Shown piece after piece: positions 44,171 to 44,710 of a stretch of 44,710 nucleotides of DNA. The notes beneath the pieces are model-generated. The model was not told the DNA's origin, searched no databases, and saw nothing but the letters and a program-made list of their open reading frames with translations. A program made the position numbers and the translations under genes. The stretch's first letter is position 1. Every line of letters begins with the position of its first letter. Source of the stretch: a virus (Duplodnaviria > Caudoviricetes); the IMG/VR virus record IMGVR_UViG_3300024254_000012, positions 1-44,710 of that record, one strand, 5' to 3'.

Positions 44171-44680
44171 CTAGTCCGCCTCCCTCTCGGCGGCGTCGAG
44201 GGCATCCATGCGCTCGAGCGTGTCGCCGGCGGTGTCGATGATGCCCTGCTTGCGCGCGCGCTCGACCGCGTCTTTCTGCGCGACCGCGCCGTCGCTGATC
44301 GCGTGGCTGCCGGGCTGCATCCGTAGGAGCTTGCCGTCGAGCCCGGTGAGCAGCGACTGCTCGGGCAGATTGAGCATGACGCCGAGCACGTACTGCTCGT
44401 TGAGCAAGCGCAACACCTTCTCGTTGCCGTTCTCGTCATCGAGCGGAAACTCGACGCCCTGGTTCTTGGCGAACGCGACGATATCGCCAACCTTGAGCGC
44501 GACCGGGATCAACCGGCCGTCCGCGGCGTAGCGGCCGGGGCCGACCTCGAGGACCTTGGCGTAGCGATACGGCGTCGACGCCTTCGCGACCTGGGGGATG
44601 AGCAGGCCGCCCTTGGAGACTTCGCCGAGGGCGAACTCCTCGACGACGAGGTTGTTGTGGAGCGGAACGATGCGAGTCAC
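44171..44680 (-). CDS. groES: Phage-encoded GroES/Cpn10 co-chaperonin with a C-terminal extension
   Basis: IVPLHNNLVV, SKGGLLIP mobile loop, AKVLEVGPG, LKVGDIVAF, LLNEQYVLGV. Confidence 0.9.
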   Translation of the reverse strand: MTRIVPLHNNLVVEEFALGEVSKGGLLIPQVAKASTPYRYAKVLEVGPGRYAADGRLIPVALKVGDIVAFAKNQGVEFPLDDENGNEKVLRLLNEQYVLGVMLNLPEQSLLTGLDGKLLRMQPGSHAISDGAVAQKDAVERARKQGIIDTAGDTLERMDALDAAEREAD

Positions 44681-44710
44681 GGTGTCACCTGGCTTCCTGG
44701 TTATGAGTGC

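Larger units (their letters stand above)
1..44710. mobile_element. Temperate tailed phage (podovirus-type virion genes, lambda-like control region), probably non-integrated form and possibly incomplete
   Basis: Integrase, excisionase, attP, divergent HTH pair with operators, terL, portal, capsid, adaptor, nozzle, ejection-type proteins and endolysin. Phage genes lie on both sides of att. No tape measure, tail tube or sheath gene and no replication initiator were recognised. Confidence 0.95.

Noticed and set aside
1-44710. Specific host assignment (a myxobacterium is suspected)
   Set aside because: High GC and a few motif impressions are only suggestive. It needs the att-core match or homology searches.

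Overview
The whole window is one high-GC temperate phage with a lambda-like regulatory layout and a podovirus-type virion module. No host chromosomal genes were recognised. A central switch (about 2675-3700) has a leftward cro-like HTH gene, a rightward cI-like HTH gene and four 17-bp operators (consensus TGGGCA-N5-TGCCCA). Left of cro, on the minus strand, lie a cII-position gene, a pentapeptide-repeat gene and a MazG-like gene. The rightward plus-strand operon (3698-12759) holds a RecE-like exonuclease and its partner, DUF5131, a short C5-methyltransferase-like gene, DUF1643, excisionase and a tyrosine integrase. It is followed by an apparently intact attP with a tRNA 3'-end core and arm repeats, so the DNA looks like the non-integrated form. 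The minus strand from 44680 to 13102 is the late operon: GroES, terminase large subunit, portal, scaffold, major capsid, adaptor, nozzle, three ejection-type proteins, fibre/tailspike proteins and a lysis cassette ending in an M23 endolysin. The most unusual observation is that the two small genes flanking terL each carry a stand-alone piece resembling this phage's own major capsid protein: a ~63-aa central domain in one and the N-terminal arm in the other. The portal also carries a long C-terminal extension with a tape-measure-type GG-PT-GE-GPE motif. Four single-base frameshifts, one in the capsid gene, are best explained as homopolymer sequencing errors. All family calls come from reading motifs by eye; no database searches were run.
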